A DNA stretch of 64,000 nucleotides. Origin: Octopus sinensis. Taxonomy: Eukaryota. A program made the position numbers and the translations under genes. Where the stretch lies: assembly GCF_006345805.1 (NCBI RefSeq), contig NC_043004.1, forward strand, positions 41,602,001 through 41,666,000, in the 5' to 3' direction. The notes under the pieces are model-generated. The model saw only the letters and a list, made by a program, of their open reading frames with translations. It did no database searches and was not told the DNA's origin. This document shows, piece by piece, positions 11,676-24,599 of this stretch (position 1 is the stretch's first letter; every line of letters starts with the position of its first letter).

Positions 11676-12952
11676 AGGATTTATAGTGACAGTCCTACTG
11701 GCAGTCGTCGTGGAAGCAATGGTCATGGTGGATGTCGTAGTCGTTAGTTGAGGTCGTGATTGTGTTACTGTTTAGGTTAAAATCTGATAAATTCCAACAG
11801 GATTATGATCAAATGTGGTTCCAGTCGTTGCCATTATAAAACGATAGTATCTGATTTTAGTTGATCCTAGGTATATGATTTTAAACTGTCCCGTTGTGTG
11901 GCCCTGGTTCAGGAGTTTCAGGGATTTAAGGAGTGTGGAACCACCTCTTTGATACTATTGTCCCTTGGTCTACTCTGAGTAGTAGCACCTGTCAGGGTCC
12001 CAGCTATGGGTTAATTAGCATATTAAGGCTTACCTACCTATGCATATGAAGATTAGATCTGGTGAACTCTGCGGAAGAAACCTCCATGATTCAACGGATG
12101 GAAAAGCGGCCGGCTGTAGCAACGTACTGTGGATTGCAGAGAACAAGATGAGGTAAGTAAGACATCTTGGTCATTCACTGCGTCCATAATCATCTTGGCC
12201 TGGCCTTGCCCCTGGATTGAATATGGTTACGGACGAGGAGAGGAATTGACAGTGTACAACTCTTCTTCACTTTAAGTGAAGTCACCGCGCAAATTATCAG
12301 TTATCCTAAGGGATGGCTAGGTTATTCTCGTCACTCCGACGGAGGAACATGAAATGATGTGATTTGAAAGAGATATGTCTGGTATTTCTAGCAGACAAGG
12401 CGACCGCGGAGAAGACTTCACGTTGGTGTTTGAGTTGATGTTAGGGGTAGCGATAATGTTAACCCCTTAGCATTTAAGGCAACCATATCAGGTTCAAATT
12501 GGCCAGATCCAGCCTCTTACACCAACCCTACAATGTCATTCCAAAAATATACAGTCACATAATGGAAATTTCAGTTACAAGATAATTCATGATTCAGTTT
12601 GTACAATGGAAATAAATAAGCATTACAATTTACAGAATAATCTGAATGGTAAAGGGTTAACAGTATAGGCAGCAGCAGTAGTTGTGGTCGCGTTCGTAGT
12701 TGTACTGGTCGTTGTCATGGTGGAGGCAATATCGATCAATATACCTTTATGTTTTCTATTTCTATTGCTTTCCTTTTCCTCTCATTCCTTTACATTAATA
12801 TGTTTGTTCTTACGCGGAACCGACAGCTTTCAGCTCGACCCTCATTGTATTCTATTCCAACATCTTGTTTTAATCAATGTTGTTGTTTAAATCTATCACA
12901 AACGATATCAGTTGAAATATCACATGGCAAAAAAAAATTCGATAGCGACACA

Positions 12953-13187
12953 GGCGTAGCTGCGTGGTAAGAAGCTTGCTTCCAAATCACATGGTTCCGA
13001 GTTAATTCCCACTGCATCGAACCTTGGGCAAGTGTCTTTTGTTATAGTCTCGGACCGACCAAAGCCTTATGGGTGGATTTGGTAGACGGAAATTGAAAGA
13101 AGACTGTCGTATATATATATATATACATACACACATGTATATACATATATATATGTGCGTGTGTGTGTGCACAAACACACACGCGCA

Positions 13188-13223
<36 letters not shown>

Positions 13224-13545
13224 CTTTGATACTTTGATAGGTTTCGGCCATTATTGGCCCAGGCCATGTCTAACTTAATAGCACCACCTGGTGAAGTCTT
13301 TCAAGTCAGAATTTGGGCACTATGGCCCATATCTGTGTGTATCTGTGTTTATTCTCCACCACCGCTTGACAACCAGTGTTGATGCGTTTACGTCACCGTA
13401 AGATAGCGGTTCGACAATCGGCACCGATAGATTGAGTACTAGGCTAAAAAAATAAGTCCTGGGGTCAATTTGTTCGACTAAAAACTCTTCAAGGCGTAGC
13501 CACAGTGAAATGAATGAAACAAGTAAAAAAATAAAAAGATAAAAA
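12953..13545 (+). mobile_element. tRNA/CORE-type SINE with internal microsatellite
   Basis: GGCGTAGCTGCGTGGTAAGAAGCTT head and CORE-like ACCTTGGGCAAGTGTCTT. The 3' part CGCTTGACAACC...GTACTAGGCT...GAAACAAGTAAAA follows the (TA)/(TG) insert. Confidence 0.65.
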
Positions 13546-13627
13546 TGACAATTACAGCAACAATAAAGCAACAACAATAATAATTGTTTCAAAGTTTATA
13601 GGGCAGGTGCGGGTGGAGCTAGTGGAT

Positions 13628-13775
13628 TTCGCCAACTCTAGTACTCAATGGTACTTACTTTATTGAACCCTAAATGATGAAAGGCAAAGCCGACTCCGAT
13701 AGAATTTGAACTCAGAACATGATGCGCAGCTAAGTGGTTTGTCAAACGTGTTAACGACTCTAACAGCTCGCCGCC
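13628..13775 (-). mobile_element. SINE family A, diverged
   Basis: Reverse complement begins GGCGGCGAGCTGTTAGAGTCGTTAAC and contains TTCTGAGTTCAAATT and CTTTGCCTTTCATC. Confidence 0.7.
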
Positions 13776-14667
13776 TTAACAACAACACAACAACAACAAC
13801 AACAACAACAACAAGCACCGCAGCAACCATTGAATTTCTTTAAAAATTCAGATTTTTATAATTTATAATTGAGAAACACTTTCCTACACTGAAACTTTTT
13901 TCAGATTCTATTTAAAATCATGTCTATACTTACTTTAAAATCACCCTTTCAAAAACGTAGCCATATACGGCTAAATCAAAAACACCATCTGGAATTTTAA
14001 TAAAAAGAAAAAATTGACCACATCCATACAACCATTCTCTCCCACTTAGATTGATGAGTACAAAAAAAAAAAGACCTTGAAATGTAATTATAATTCTTAC
14101 TAGAGAAAATCAAAAACAACATCTGGTCTTCCAATTAAAAACTTCGATCACTTAAATACAAAAAAAATTCCTTTCCTTCTCTACACAAAAGGTCACTAAA
14201 AAAGAAATAAACACAACATATTGAATGAAGCACATTGATATACAAAAGCTACGCCTCATCTCCCTCTCCAACTTTTTCTTCTTTCTTATCTCTTCCTCTG
14301 CAACCCCCCAAAACACTTCTACTTATTTTATCTATCTTCACTGTCTCCACTCTCTCCCTCCTCTCTCGCCTCTGCCCCTTCCTTTCTAATTTGTTCCCCT
14401 CTTCCCCCTCTTCCCTCTCTTCCATCTCCTTTTCTAAAACATTAGTTTCAATTTTATATAAAAAGATGAAGCAAACTTAATATAAACCACTTTTTGAAAA
14501 ATCCAATAACGGAAGAAAGCGCTAAAAAAGTTTAAATAAAAGAAACAATGCATATATATAATCACCCATCATTCTGACTACCTTACCATTCTCAATATAC
14601 TATATCTGTACATCACTTCAAAAATTCTCCCTCTATCTCTCTGTATATATATATATATATATATATA

Positions 14668-14872
14668 AAGTTAATCCAAACAAGAAAGCACAAAAAAACA
14701 CAACAACGCGAGGACGTGGAACAAATATAGTATTATTAGACGCTCAGGAAAGAAGGAAAGAAGGAGGATTTAACGTTTCGAGTGGAGCTCTTCGTCGGAA
14801 ACATAGGAGAAGGAAAGATCCAGAGAAGGGAAGACAGAGGAAAAAAATCGCCAACGGTACATACGAGGTCAC

Positions 14873-14875
<3 letters not shown>
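14668..14875 (-). mobile_element. Short PLE-terminal-repeat-like element with minimal HHR
   Basis: Homologous to 53396-53602, with (TA)n on both sides. Minus strand reads GTTT-CCGACGA-A-GAG/CTCCA/CTC-GAAAC-GTT-AAAT (14768-14802). Confidence 0.7.
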
Positions 14876-14920
<45 letters not shown>

Positions 14921-15572
14921 ATATATATATGCGCGCGCACGCACGCACGCACACACACAATAACACATCCAGGTATATTGGGAACTATTTAATATAAATC
15001 TTTGATTTATTAAAATTATCTTGGCCTCTAGGAGGGCGTATTAAAATAATCAAATGGTAATGAAGACCATCCCAACATACCTTAATAGGCATCAATTAAA
15101 CAAAAATGAGCTAAGAGAAATAACTCAGATGGTCTGTGGCATGTATTGAGCAACACACAAATACAAGTATATAAAATATCACACAACATCAATTCATCAT
15201 TTATCAAAATTAATTTCGCTTCCAGACAAGTGGATGTGCCGTAATTAGCAGATGTCAACTAAAATAACGCCAGCTTAGAATGAGTAGGAAAGACTATTTC
15301 AAGAATCAAGAATTTCTCCAAAGTTGCTATGCCATTAAAGTATAGAATAGGTTTAGTGTCCGGAGATAAGAGGGCGGCCGTATGGTTTTGAAGTTGATGA
15401 TAGATAGTGGTGGAAGGGAAACACACACAGACACAGATACACTTATACACACGTATACAGACACACACACACATGTACACACATACATACAGACACATAC
15501 ACACATACACATATATCCATAAGCGTAAGATCAACGAAAAGAATACTCCATCAAGTGAGTGATAAACATCTT

Positions 15573-15756
15573 TTAATGAACACAGTATAAAGAGCTGCTA
15601 ATAGTTTCTTGCTCTAGAGACACGAGGCTTGGCAGGTTTTTATAACATGCCTAGATGATTTATAGTACTTACGGCATGTTATAAATATCTGCCTAAACCT
15701 GTGTCTCTAACGCAAGAGACTTTTAGTAGCTCGTGCCTTTATACTTTGTACATTAA
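15573..15756. mobile_element. Imperfect palindromic (hairpin) MITE-like element
   Basis: Arms TTAATG..CAGTATAAAG...GGCAGGTTTTTATAACATGCC and GGCATGTTATAAATATCTGCC...CTTTATACT..CATTAA flank a ~21-nt spacer. Confidence 0.6.
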
Positions 15757-15775
15757 GTAATATATATATACATAC

Positions 15776-15815
<40 letters not shown>

Positions 15816-15841
15816 TTATTTTATTTATTTTATAGAAGGAG

Positions 15842-15888
15842 CTTCTACAGGACTAGAACTGTTTCATTCAAATGAAATCATCAGGAAG
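15842..15888 (-). ncRNA. Candidate type I hammerhead ribozyme
   Basis: CTTC-CTGATGA-TTTCATTTGAAT-GAA-ACAG/TTCTAGTC/CTGT-A-GAAG. Stems I and III (4 bp each) are intact with a GUA site; stem II is weak. Confidence 0.45.
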
Positions 15889-16568
15889 ATAGGCGTCAAG
15901 AATAGTTTTGGCATTTATACATTTAGGCAGATTTGATGGGGTGGTGGTGGGGGACATATATATATATATATATAATTTACTGTATACATTATAAAGATGC
16001 GAGTTGCTAATATTTCCTTGCTGTGGAAACGTGTATTTAGAGAAGTTTATATATATATATATAAAAAAAAACATGCCTTGTGTCTCCAAGCAATCTTCGG
16101 GCTCTCACTTGATTAAGTATAGAATAATATTCATAAATGAATATAATTTTATACATTGAGCAGCAAGAAATTAAGTACCGTACTCAAGAACTCTGTGCAT
16201 CGCCGGATTCAGAAATTGAACCAACGACCTTATGATCGTCAGACCAACTTACTTAACATTGAAAAAAAAAAACAAAAGAAAGACATACCGTTGAACGAAC
16301 ACTTCTCTGGTGAGAAAACATTAACAACGATAGAGACATGTGTGTGTGTGCGTCTGTGTGTGTGTGTAAGTGTGTTTGTGTGTGTATGTGTGTATGGGCT
16401 CGAGTAAATATAACCAGACACTCATCCGTAGCCACTTCTAATCACAATAACATATAACTCCACCGATTACAAACAACAAAAATCGTATTAGTGAGAGAAT
16501 CGCCATCTGATGCAATTTACCGTTCAGAAAGAAACTTATAACATGAGCTGTTTCAAAGGCCGTACCAC

Positions 16569-16763
16569 ATTGCGAAACAATTCTTCTCCTTAATCAATAA
16601 ACACTTCAACAAAGAGAACAAACCTCATAAATTATTCAATAGGAACAATGAAAAAGCCAGTTGTTCCATAGTACCTTGTATAAAGAAAATTATTTCGTTG
16701 CATAACAACAAAACTCAACGACAGAATACAAACAGAGCAGACCACAAAAGAACTAATTGCAAT
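16569..16763 (+). pseudogene. PLE reverse-transcriptase C-terminal fragment
   Basis: Translates IAKQFFSLINKHFNKENKPHKLFNRNNEKASCSIVPCIKKIISLHNNK...KRTNCN, matching the PLE-type motif F..LI.KHF...HKLFNRN..K.SYSC.....IIS.HN.K. Confidence 0.65.
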
Positions 16764-17026
16764 TTATTTATTTATTTTTATTTTATTGTCTTTTTATTGT
16801 ATATAGCAATTAAAGAAGACTAGATTCCGACGGTTCACTGGTTTTTGGTTCTTGGTTTACTGCAGTTCTGACAGCGAAATTGAGACGACTGCGTCTGTAA
16901 CGTGGTGTAGAACAAATATCAGTTCGAAAAGCACTGGTTTTATGCTGGCCACATAAGTTTACACCCTACTTCGATATAACGTCGGCAAATGATATGCACG
17001 TTTATGCAAACACACATGTAATAAAC

Positions 17027-17130
17027 GACGGATTTCTTCTTAGTTTTCGTCTACCAAATTTCTCCTATAGGGCATTGGTCAACCAGAGACTATGACAGAA
17101 AATACATACATGCCCTGAATGTCAATCATT
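17027..17130 (-). mobile_element. CORE-type SINE fragment
   Basis: Reverse-complement similarity to 13030-13110 (TTTGGTAGACGAAAACTAAGAAGAAATCCGTC). Confidence 0.55.
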
Positions 17131-17211
17131 ATGATCGAATACAAATTACGTGAGAGTGCAGCAAACGTCTGGAGTACAATAGTATGTGTGTGGTGATATA
17201 GTTGCTGAAAT

Positions 17212-17625
17212 GGCGGCGAGCTGGCAGAAACGTTAGCACGCCGGGCGAAATGCTTTGTGGTATTTCGTCCGCCGCTGCGTTCTGAGTTCAAATTCCGCCG
17301 AGGTCGACTTTGCCTTTCATCCTTTCGGGGTCGATAAATTAAGTACCAGTTACGCACTGGGGTCGATGTAATCGACTTAATACCTATGTCTGTCCTTGTT
17401 CGTCCCCTCTGTGTTTAGCCCCTTGTGGGTAGTAAAGAAATAGGTATTCGTCTGCCATTACGTTCTGAGTTCAAATTCCGCTGAGGTCGACTTTGCCTTT
17501 CATCCTTTCGGGGTCGATAAATTAAGTACCAGTTACGGACTGGGGTCGATGTAATCGACTTAATCCGTTTGTCTGTCCTTGTTTGTCCCTTCTATGTTTA
17601 GCCCCTTGTGGGTAATAAAGAAACA
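17212..17625 (+). mobile_element. Young SINE family A dimer (full copy plus 5'-truncated copy) with 17-bp TSD
   Basis: TSD GATATAGTTGCTGAAAT at 17195-17211 and 17626-17642 encloses both units. Confidence 0.9.
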
Positions 17626-18689
17626 GATATAGTTGCTGAAATACAAGTGATCTCGTTTATCATAGGTTCATTCATCACTGATCCGGGATAACACGTCATG
17701 CTCAAATGTGAACCATGTTATGATTATCACGAAATAAGCAGTGATAGCATGGGTCGGCGATTAGCGGAAAAGTCTGCTTGTACCACAAAAACGCGCCTCA
17801 ACGAATACCGAGAAAGCTCAGCTATCCAGAATATACTGACGATAGTTTGTGTTTAGATGGCCATGATGCATGAGAGTTTAATTTTTTATACAGATTTACG
17901 TACTCGTACACCTCAACGTGGATAGGACCCAGGAGCAGAAAAATATATACAAGCTGCCTTATCCTAGCAAACGACACAGGCGAGGGTTATCTCCACAAGA
18001 AAAGGGTAGAAATGATGAAAATACGTGGCAGTGAATGCTTTACGAGTGTGGGCAATGAGTTTAGTGTCAATGAATCTATCATTTGTTTCAATTAGAAAGT
18101 GCGTAGGGATGATTTATTTGTCACTGTGTCTTTTAGAGACAAACCACCGTGATAAACGAGAGGTAAACATAGGTGCTGCTGAAAAGTCATTTGATTCCAG
18201 ATTATCCCTGATTGAATAGAGCTATATATGGTGAAATACATTCTCGCTGTTGCCAGTTTTTCTAGAAAGGGCATTATCCAGTGTACCTCGTCTTCTTTTC
18301 AGAGGGTTGGCAGTTCATTTAGTAGAAATTTGACAGCTATTTCTAGCATGTCCAGTGAAAAACTTGAGGTACTCTACTTCGTTGTGAACTATGCTTTTTG
18401 TGTTGCAAATACACAGACTCGGATATTGTAGCTGTTGTTTGGAGGTTACAAGAACAGTACGTTGTTTACACACATACACATAGGCACACACACACAGACT
18501 CACAGTCACACACACATACACTGCACACACTCACACACACTCATACACATTTATGCACACTTACTCACACAGGTATATTCACATAAACATTTCCTCTTAT
18601 TTTTGTAGTGCATGCATCTGTGAAAAGTAAGTTGGATGCAGAACTCAGACGGGCCAGTCCGCGATCCATTGCTTACTAATATACATACC

Positions 18690-18730
18690 TACATATATGC
18701 ATGTACATATACATACACGCACGCACGCAT

Positions 18731-18776
<46 letters not shown>

Positions 18777-19086
18777 TCTGGTTTTTAATCCTTTAGGATA
18801 TTCCTCCTGGCGTCAATCCTATTTTTGTCTTCCGTCTGGCCCTAAGGCTCTATTCTGTTTACTTATTTCATTTTGTTCGCAAGTCCTCATTTCGTCTTCG
18901 TTCATCGTCCGTCCACTTTTTCCTCTCGTCTTGGATATTATTTCGTTCGTATATTATATATTGCACATTTATTTCATGTTTGTACGTTCACTTTCTGTCA
19001 CGTTTGGCCCTTTGGTACAAAGTGTTTTCTATATTGAGAATCTCTGGAACTCATTTGTTAGCTCTATACTTATATATATACATATA

Positions 19087-19161
<75 letters not shown>

Positions 19162-19228
19162 TATATATGTAATATATATGTATATATATATGTATATATA
19201 TATGTATATATTATATGTATATATAATG

Positions 19229-19263
<35 letters not shown>

Positions 19264-19560
19264 TATATATATATATATATATGTAATATATATATATATA
19301 TGTATATATATATTGTATATATATATATATTATATATATATGTACATATATATATATATGTATATATATATGTGTATATATATATGTGTATATATATATA
19401 TGTATATTATATATATGTATATATACATACATACATATATATATAATGTATGCATATATGCATATATGTATTTATATATATATACATATATAGGAGAGAG
19501 AGTGAGAGAGAGCGAGAGAGAGCGAGAGAGAGAGAGCGAGAGAGAGAGAGAGAGAGAGAG
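18690..19560. repeat. (CA)n, long (TA)n/(TATG) and (GA)n arrays
   Basis: Directly visible. Confidence 0.9.
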
Positions 19561-20018
19561 ATGGATAAATAATGAGAAGCACACACTTTCACACACGAAC
19601 AGAAAGGCATAGAGGCGCACACTTACAAAGCCACATAAATAATTTTGTGATTATAAGGAAGATTGTTTTTTTTGTCCAAACTTCGTACTAGATTCTCATG
19701 TGTTTTCCTTTTTTTTTTCTGTTTTATTAATTATTGATCTATCTTATTTTCTTATTAGTCCTTAATTTTTGATTTGGAGCACTAACGTTCTTGAGTGCAT
19801 GACTGTTTGTAGACAGTAACGCACTCGGTTACGTCTTAATGAGGTACCGATAATAATGACGTTTTCCTTTGTCGTTTTTATGAAATAGGAAGAATGGATC
19901 ATGGGAAAGAAGACACGAAAGCAATGAAATAATCACCGCTGAACATATGTTTAGCTATAAAATCGGAGTTACTTTCAGCGGTCAATAAACTCTTCATATA
20001 ATATTACTAAGAAATGCG

Positions 20019-20460
20019 GGGCCGAGGGCTGGCAAAATCGTTAGAGTGTCGGAGAAAATGCAATGTGGTATTTCTTCTGGCAGAATCGTTAGCACATCGG
20101 GCGAAATACGTAGCCGTATTTCGTCTGCCGTTACGTTCTGAGTTCAAATTCCGCCGAGGTCGACTTTGCCTTTCATCCTTTCGGGGTCGATAAATTAAGT
20201 ACCAGTTACAGACAGGGGTCAATGTAATCGACTTAATCCGTTTGTCCCCTCTGTGTGTAGCTCCTTGTGGGTAGTAAAGAAATAGGTATTTCTTCTGACG
20301 TTCTAGTTTCAAGTCTTGACGAAGTTAGCATTGCGTTTCCATCTTCCAGGGTCGATAAAATAATGTATCAGTCACGTCCTGGGGTTGATGATGCAAAATA
20401 ATCCCTCCAAAATTATTTCTTGACTTGATCCTATATCAGGAATCAGTATTTTACCAAGAA
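20019..20460 (+). mobile_element. Young SINE A (20080-20284) nested in an old SINE A
   Basis: TSD GGTATTTCTTCTG at 20067-20079 and 20285-20297. The old copy resumes with GACGTTCTAGTTTCAAG...CCAGGGTCGATAAAAT. Confidence 0.8.
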
Positions 20461-21185
20461 ATTATATTTGTGTTAAGTTTCGATGTATATGTTGCTATTA
20501 ATATACATGCCACCGTCAATGTAGATTACTGTAGAATTCTACATACACGTATAATGTTATGTTATTATTTTTGGGAATGGCCATATTTTTGTCAATTAAC
20601 TACACGCATTATATACTTGGTCTTTAATACAGCCTTATTATTATTATTCTTATTTTAGTGTTCTTTGTCTGAAATCTTTCGTTACACATCCTGTGACCTC
20701 TTTAACGACTCTCCATCCCTCGTGTCTTTTCGCATCCTGTTTAGTTCATTCTTGCAAAACAAATACTTAAATGTAAGTTATATTATTAATTATTTTTTTC
20801 CCATGTTATTTTGTTTCACGTACTGTATTGTAATGTGGTGTGACGGCTGCTTGCTATAAACGTATAGTTAGTCGGCAAGAAAATATCATTCTTGTCTGTC
20901 TGACTAATACAGTATACAGATCTCAATGCAAAAATGAGATTTGTAAACATGACTGACCTTTACATAAGACATAAACGTATGGCACTTTCTCGTCTGTTGA
21001 CAATGAGTTTGCAACAAAAATCCTTTGCAGCTAATTAAAGTACAAACAAATTAAAATAGAAACAGTACAAGCAAATAAATTAAAATAGAAAACAAATTAA
21101 AATAGAAAAAAAAAGAAACACTAACTGATAATATTATAAAATTCCACAAAAGTCCCCTTCAAAATGATTAATGCAAACGTGGGAA

Positions 21186-21597
21186 GGATCTTTTCGGTTT
21201 GAACGGCAGTTTTTTCTAGCGGTGTCATATGAAATTATCACCCATAATTATGACCCTAGAATCGATCTATTGCATTTCAATCTATTTTAGGGTTAGGGGT
21301 GGGGGAAAGGTATCTTTTTTTTCTTCACAAATGTAAATAAACCCAATCTATTTCTTAAACGAGGGACATATTCATACAACACAGAATGTTTTTTTTTTAC
21401 CTCAATAGACGTCAGTGATTGTTTGAAATTGCAGAAATTGAAGAAAAAAAGCAAATATCTTACAAACTATAGAATTTTCTCAATAAAGCCAAGAGAAAAG
21501 ATGTTTTATAAACACAGTCTACCAGTATACGAAGTTTAAAATTTTTTAGTTACCTAGAAATTATGTTAAAAACTGCCGTTCAAATCGAAAAAGATCC
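21186..21597 (+). mobile_element. MITE family (GG termini, 8-bp TSD), copy 1
   Basis: TIR GGATCTTTTCGGTTTGAACGGCAGTTTT / AAAACTGCCGTTCAAATCGAAAAAGATCC; TSD CGTGGGAA at 21178-85 and 21598-605. Confidence 0.95.
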
Positions 21598-23325
21598 CGT
21601 GGGAATTACAGACACGCCATTCTTGTAATAGACTAAATGCATTTATTAATCGCTGGAATTAACTTACAACTAACAGTAAACATTTAAAATCCGTTGATGA
21701 TGATTTTAATAGTTGCACAAATCATTACAATGATCTTTATTGATTATTCATACTTCATTCAGAAGATGAAAACGAAAAAGGTCTAGAATAATAAATGTAC
21801 TCTAGGACGAAGCTAATCATAAACGACAGATCGTAAATTATATGAAAAATCATTATTAAATTGGAACTCAGCCGTGTCATCAATATAACACTTCCAGCAC
21901 ACATTATATATGCTGGGATGCTGTAATTTAGATTCCCCTATCTTAGATATATATATAGTAGACAATATATAGATTTTCTTCAATGTAATCTCACTTTCTA
22001 GGCTTCTTTCATTCAATATTTAATTAAATTGGCTAAGTTACATGCTTCATGTTAACATCTTTATGAAGTCACGTTCCTTTTTTTTAGCTTTATTTTGTTG
22101 TAGAGATAGAACCAATCAAAAGTGAAATGGTTGTGCCAAAACTAGCCTCATCGCAATGATTTGTAGTATTGAAATAGTTTCTGCTGTTTTTCATTCATTT
22201 CTATTAACTATTTTTTTTTCAAATAATCTTCAAAAAAATATTATAAACTGATTTGTAGAAAACCAATTACAACAGAAATGTAACGTCTGTGTTTTCGGGC
22301 GTCAGAAAATGCTTTAATAAAGGTTTCTAATTTTGGAAGAAAGCAGCAATTTTGAGAATAACGGATAAGTCAATACCATAAATACCACGAAAGAATGAAA
22401 AGCAAAGGTGAACTGGGTGGGAATTTGAATTCAGAACATAAAGCAACGAACCTAAATACCGCAAGATATTTTTCTGACGCTCTAAAAATTCTGCTAACTC
22501 ATCAATCTTAATGACGTATAATTGATGAAGTTAACCAGAGGCAAGTCATTGGTGTAGTATCGATTTTTCGTAGCATCCTTGTTACTTCACAGTCATCGAA
22601 AAAGCCTTGGAAAATGTATATGCATTAAAATATCTTCTGTCTACTCATTAAATTTGCGCACAATGTCCCCAGTTGAGACTAATCAATTGGAGAATCATAA
22701 GGCGACACATTTCTATGGGACACTGTGAAGTTCATACTTGTTTTTAACGATGCTTAAGGGAAAATCCAAATCAACGAGCATTCAAAGAAGTCTTTATGTT
22801 ATTGCTTTATTTGCTAGAAATATCAGACAAATTTTCTCACTATCATAAGAAACAAAAGGACAGAGCAAGTAATGTAATCGGAGATACTGTGTCTGAAAAA
22901 GGAAGGTACAGCAGCTGATAAAACACCTTTGATAAGCTTACTTTAAGAGGTGTTTACTTGGTGTTGATTACTAGTAAAATACCAGTTTTTCTTAGTAGAC
23001 GTAATCCATACATTGCTGATCTGAATCGCAACAAGTAAATAGATGCCGTATTTTTTCCTGTTTGTTCAAAATTATTTCCCTGCTACAAGAAAACGTTCCT
23101 CTCTTGAATCTGCGAGAAAGCATCCAACAGAACATGTACAAATAGCATCGAAGTCTCCTTCAAATCATATGGTAAGATCTTAAGAAAAGGAAGACACATG
23201 ATAAAGATCTGATGGGTGCAGATGAACCCTATGGTTATATGTATCTACACTTCGTTATTAGGGCTAACTGTGGGGTAAACAAAGAGAAGAACATGAGCAA
23301 CAACAACAACAACAGCAGCAGCAGT

Positions 23326-23680
23326 GGAGGCGCAATGGCCCAATGGTTCGGGCAGCGGACTTGCGGTCGGAGGATCACGGTTTCGATTCCCAGACCGGGC
23401 GTTGTGTGTGTTTATTGAGCGAAAACACTTAAAGCTCCACGAGGCTCCGGCAAGGGCTGATGGCGACCCCTGTGGTACTCTTTCGCTCCAACTTTCTCTC
23501 ACTCTTTCTTCCTGTTTCTTGTCCCCGACTTCCTACACAACCGCTGAGCTTGGATGCGCATTCATCCATCCGTCGATGCTCTCGGTGTCGAGGGTTGACC
23601 TGCTTTCTCTTCTGCGGGTCTTACGAATAGCAAAGGACCACGTTTCGGACTTCTCCCACTGGACGAAGATCGCTACGCTC
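23326..23680 (+). mobile_element. tRNA-derived SINE family B, in a (CAA/CAG)n tract
   Basis: GGAGGCGCAATGGCCCAATGGTT A-box-like and GTTTCGATTCCC B-box-like motifs; 5' ~190 nt shared with 52663-52960. Confidence 0.8.
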
Positions 23681-24599
23681 AACAGCAACAGCAATAGCAA
23701 CAGCAGCAGCATCAGCAGCATCAGCAGCAGCAGCAACGGCCACAGTAGGAACAACAGCAACTTTATATTATACAGTTACATATATGTATTGTGTTCTATC
23801 ATTATATCGGGTTGATTTGATCCTCAGAAAATCTACAAGGATTATTTATATGCTTTCGAAAGAAAAAAACCCTGTTTTATGCATATCGTTTTGGACATAT
23901 TTGTGATGTAGCTAGTGAATGTATTTTGTTTAATAAAGTGTATTTACATTTAGTAGTTAGCTATGTCGGCGTACTGTGCGCTATCTCAACTTACAAATAT
24001 GCTTTCGTCTTGGTTGCATCACAATTTAGAATATTGATGACGCTTACAATTAAAGATTGAGGTTTGTCGTTGTCCTGATTTGTAGCATACTTTGCACCAT
24101 CATACTTTGTGTCATCGGCAAGACCTAGAATTGTGGATGTTTCCCCAATAATCAAAACCGCTGTTGATTGTTCGTTGGTTCAGTTCTTACGTATTACTAT
24201 GCAATCCCATTTTAAATGCATTTAATACATTTTGAATACGTTTGCATATTTAATACATTTTAAATGTATTTTTATCAATTGATTTGCACACTAGGCTATT
24301 AGTGTCGGGCACAAAACGGCAGAAAGAAGTAGGGGATATTGTCCCTTCTTGTGATGATCATTCTGAAAAAAAGTTATGAATATTGTCTAGTCCATGTCTC
24401 CCCTTTGGTGATAAAAATTTTTTGTAAGCATTGCACTGCTTCCTTCGAACGAGGGGAGACAGAATGATTCCTATAAATCGTATACTCGCATTTGGATTTG
24501 TCATATTGGTATAATCAATTGGTTATCTAGTTTTAACAGTCGAAATAGAATAAATGTAAGGAAACGGTGAAGTAAAAAAAAAATGAATACTGAATTTTG

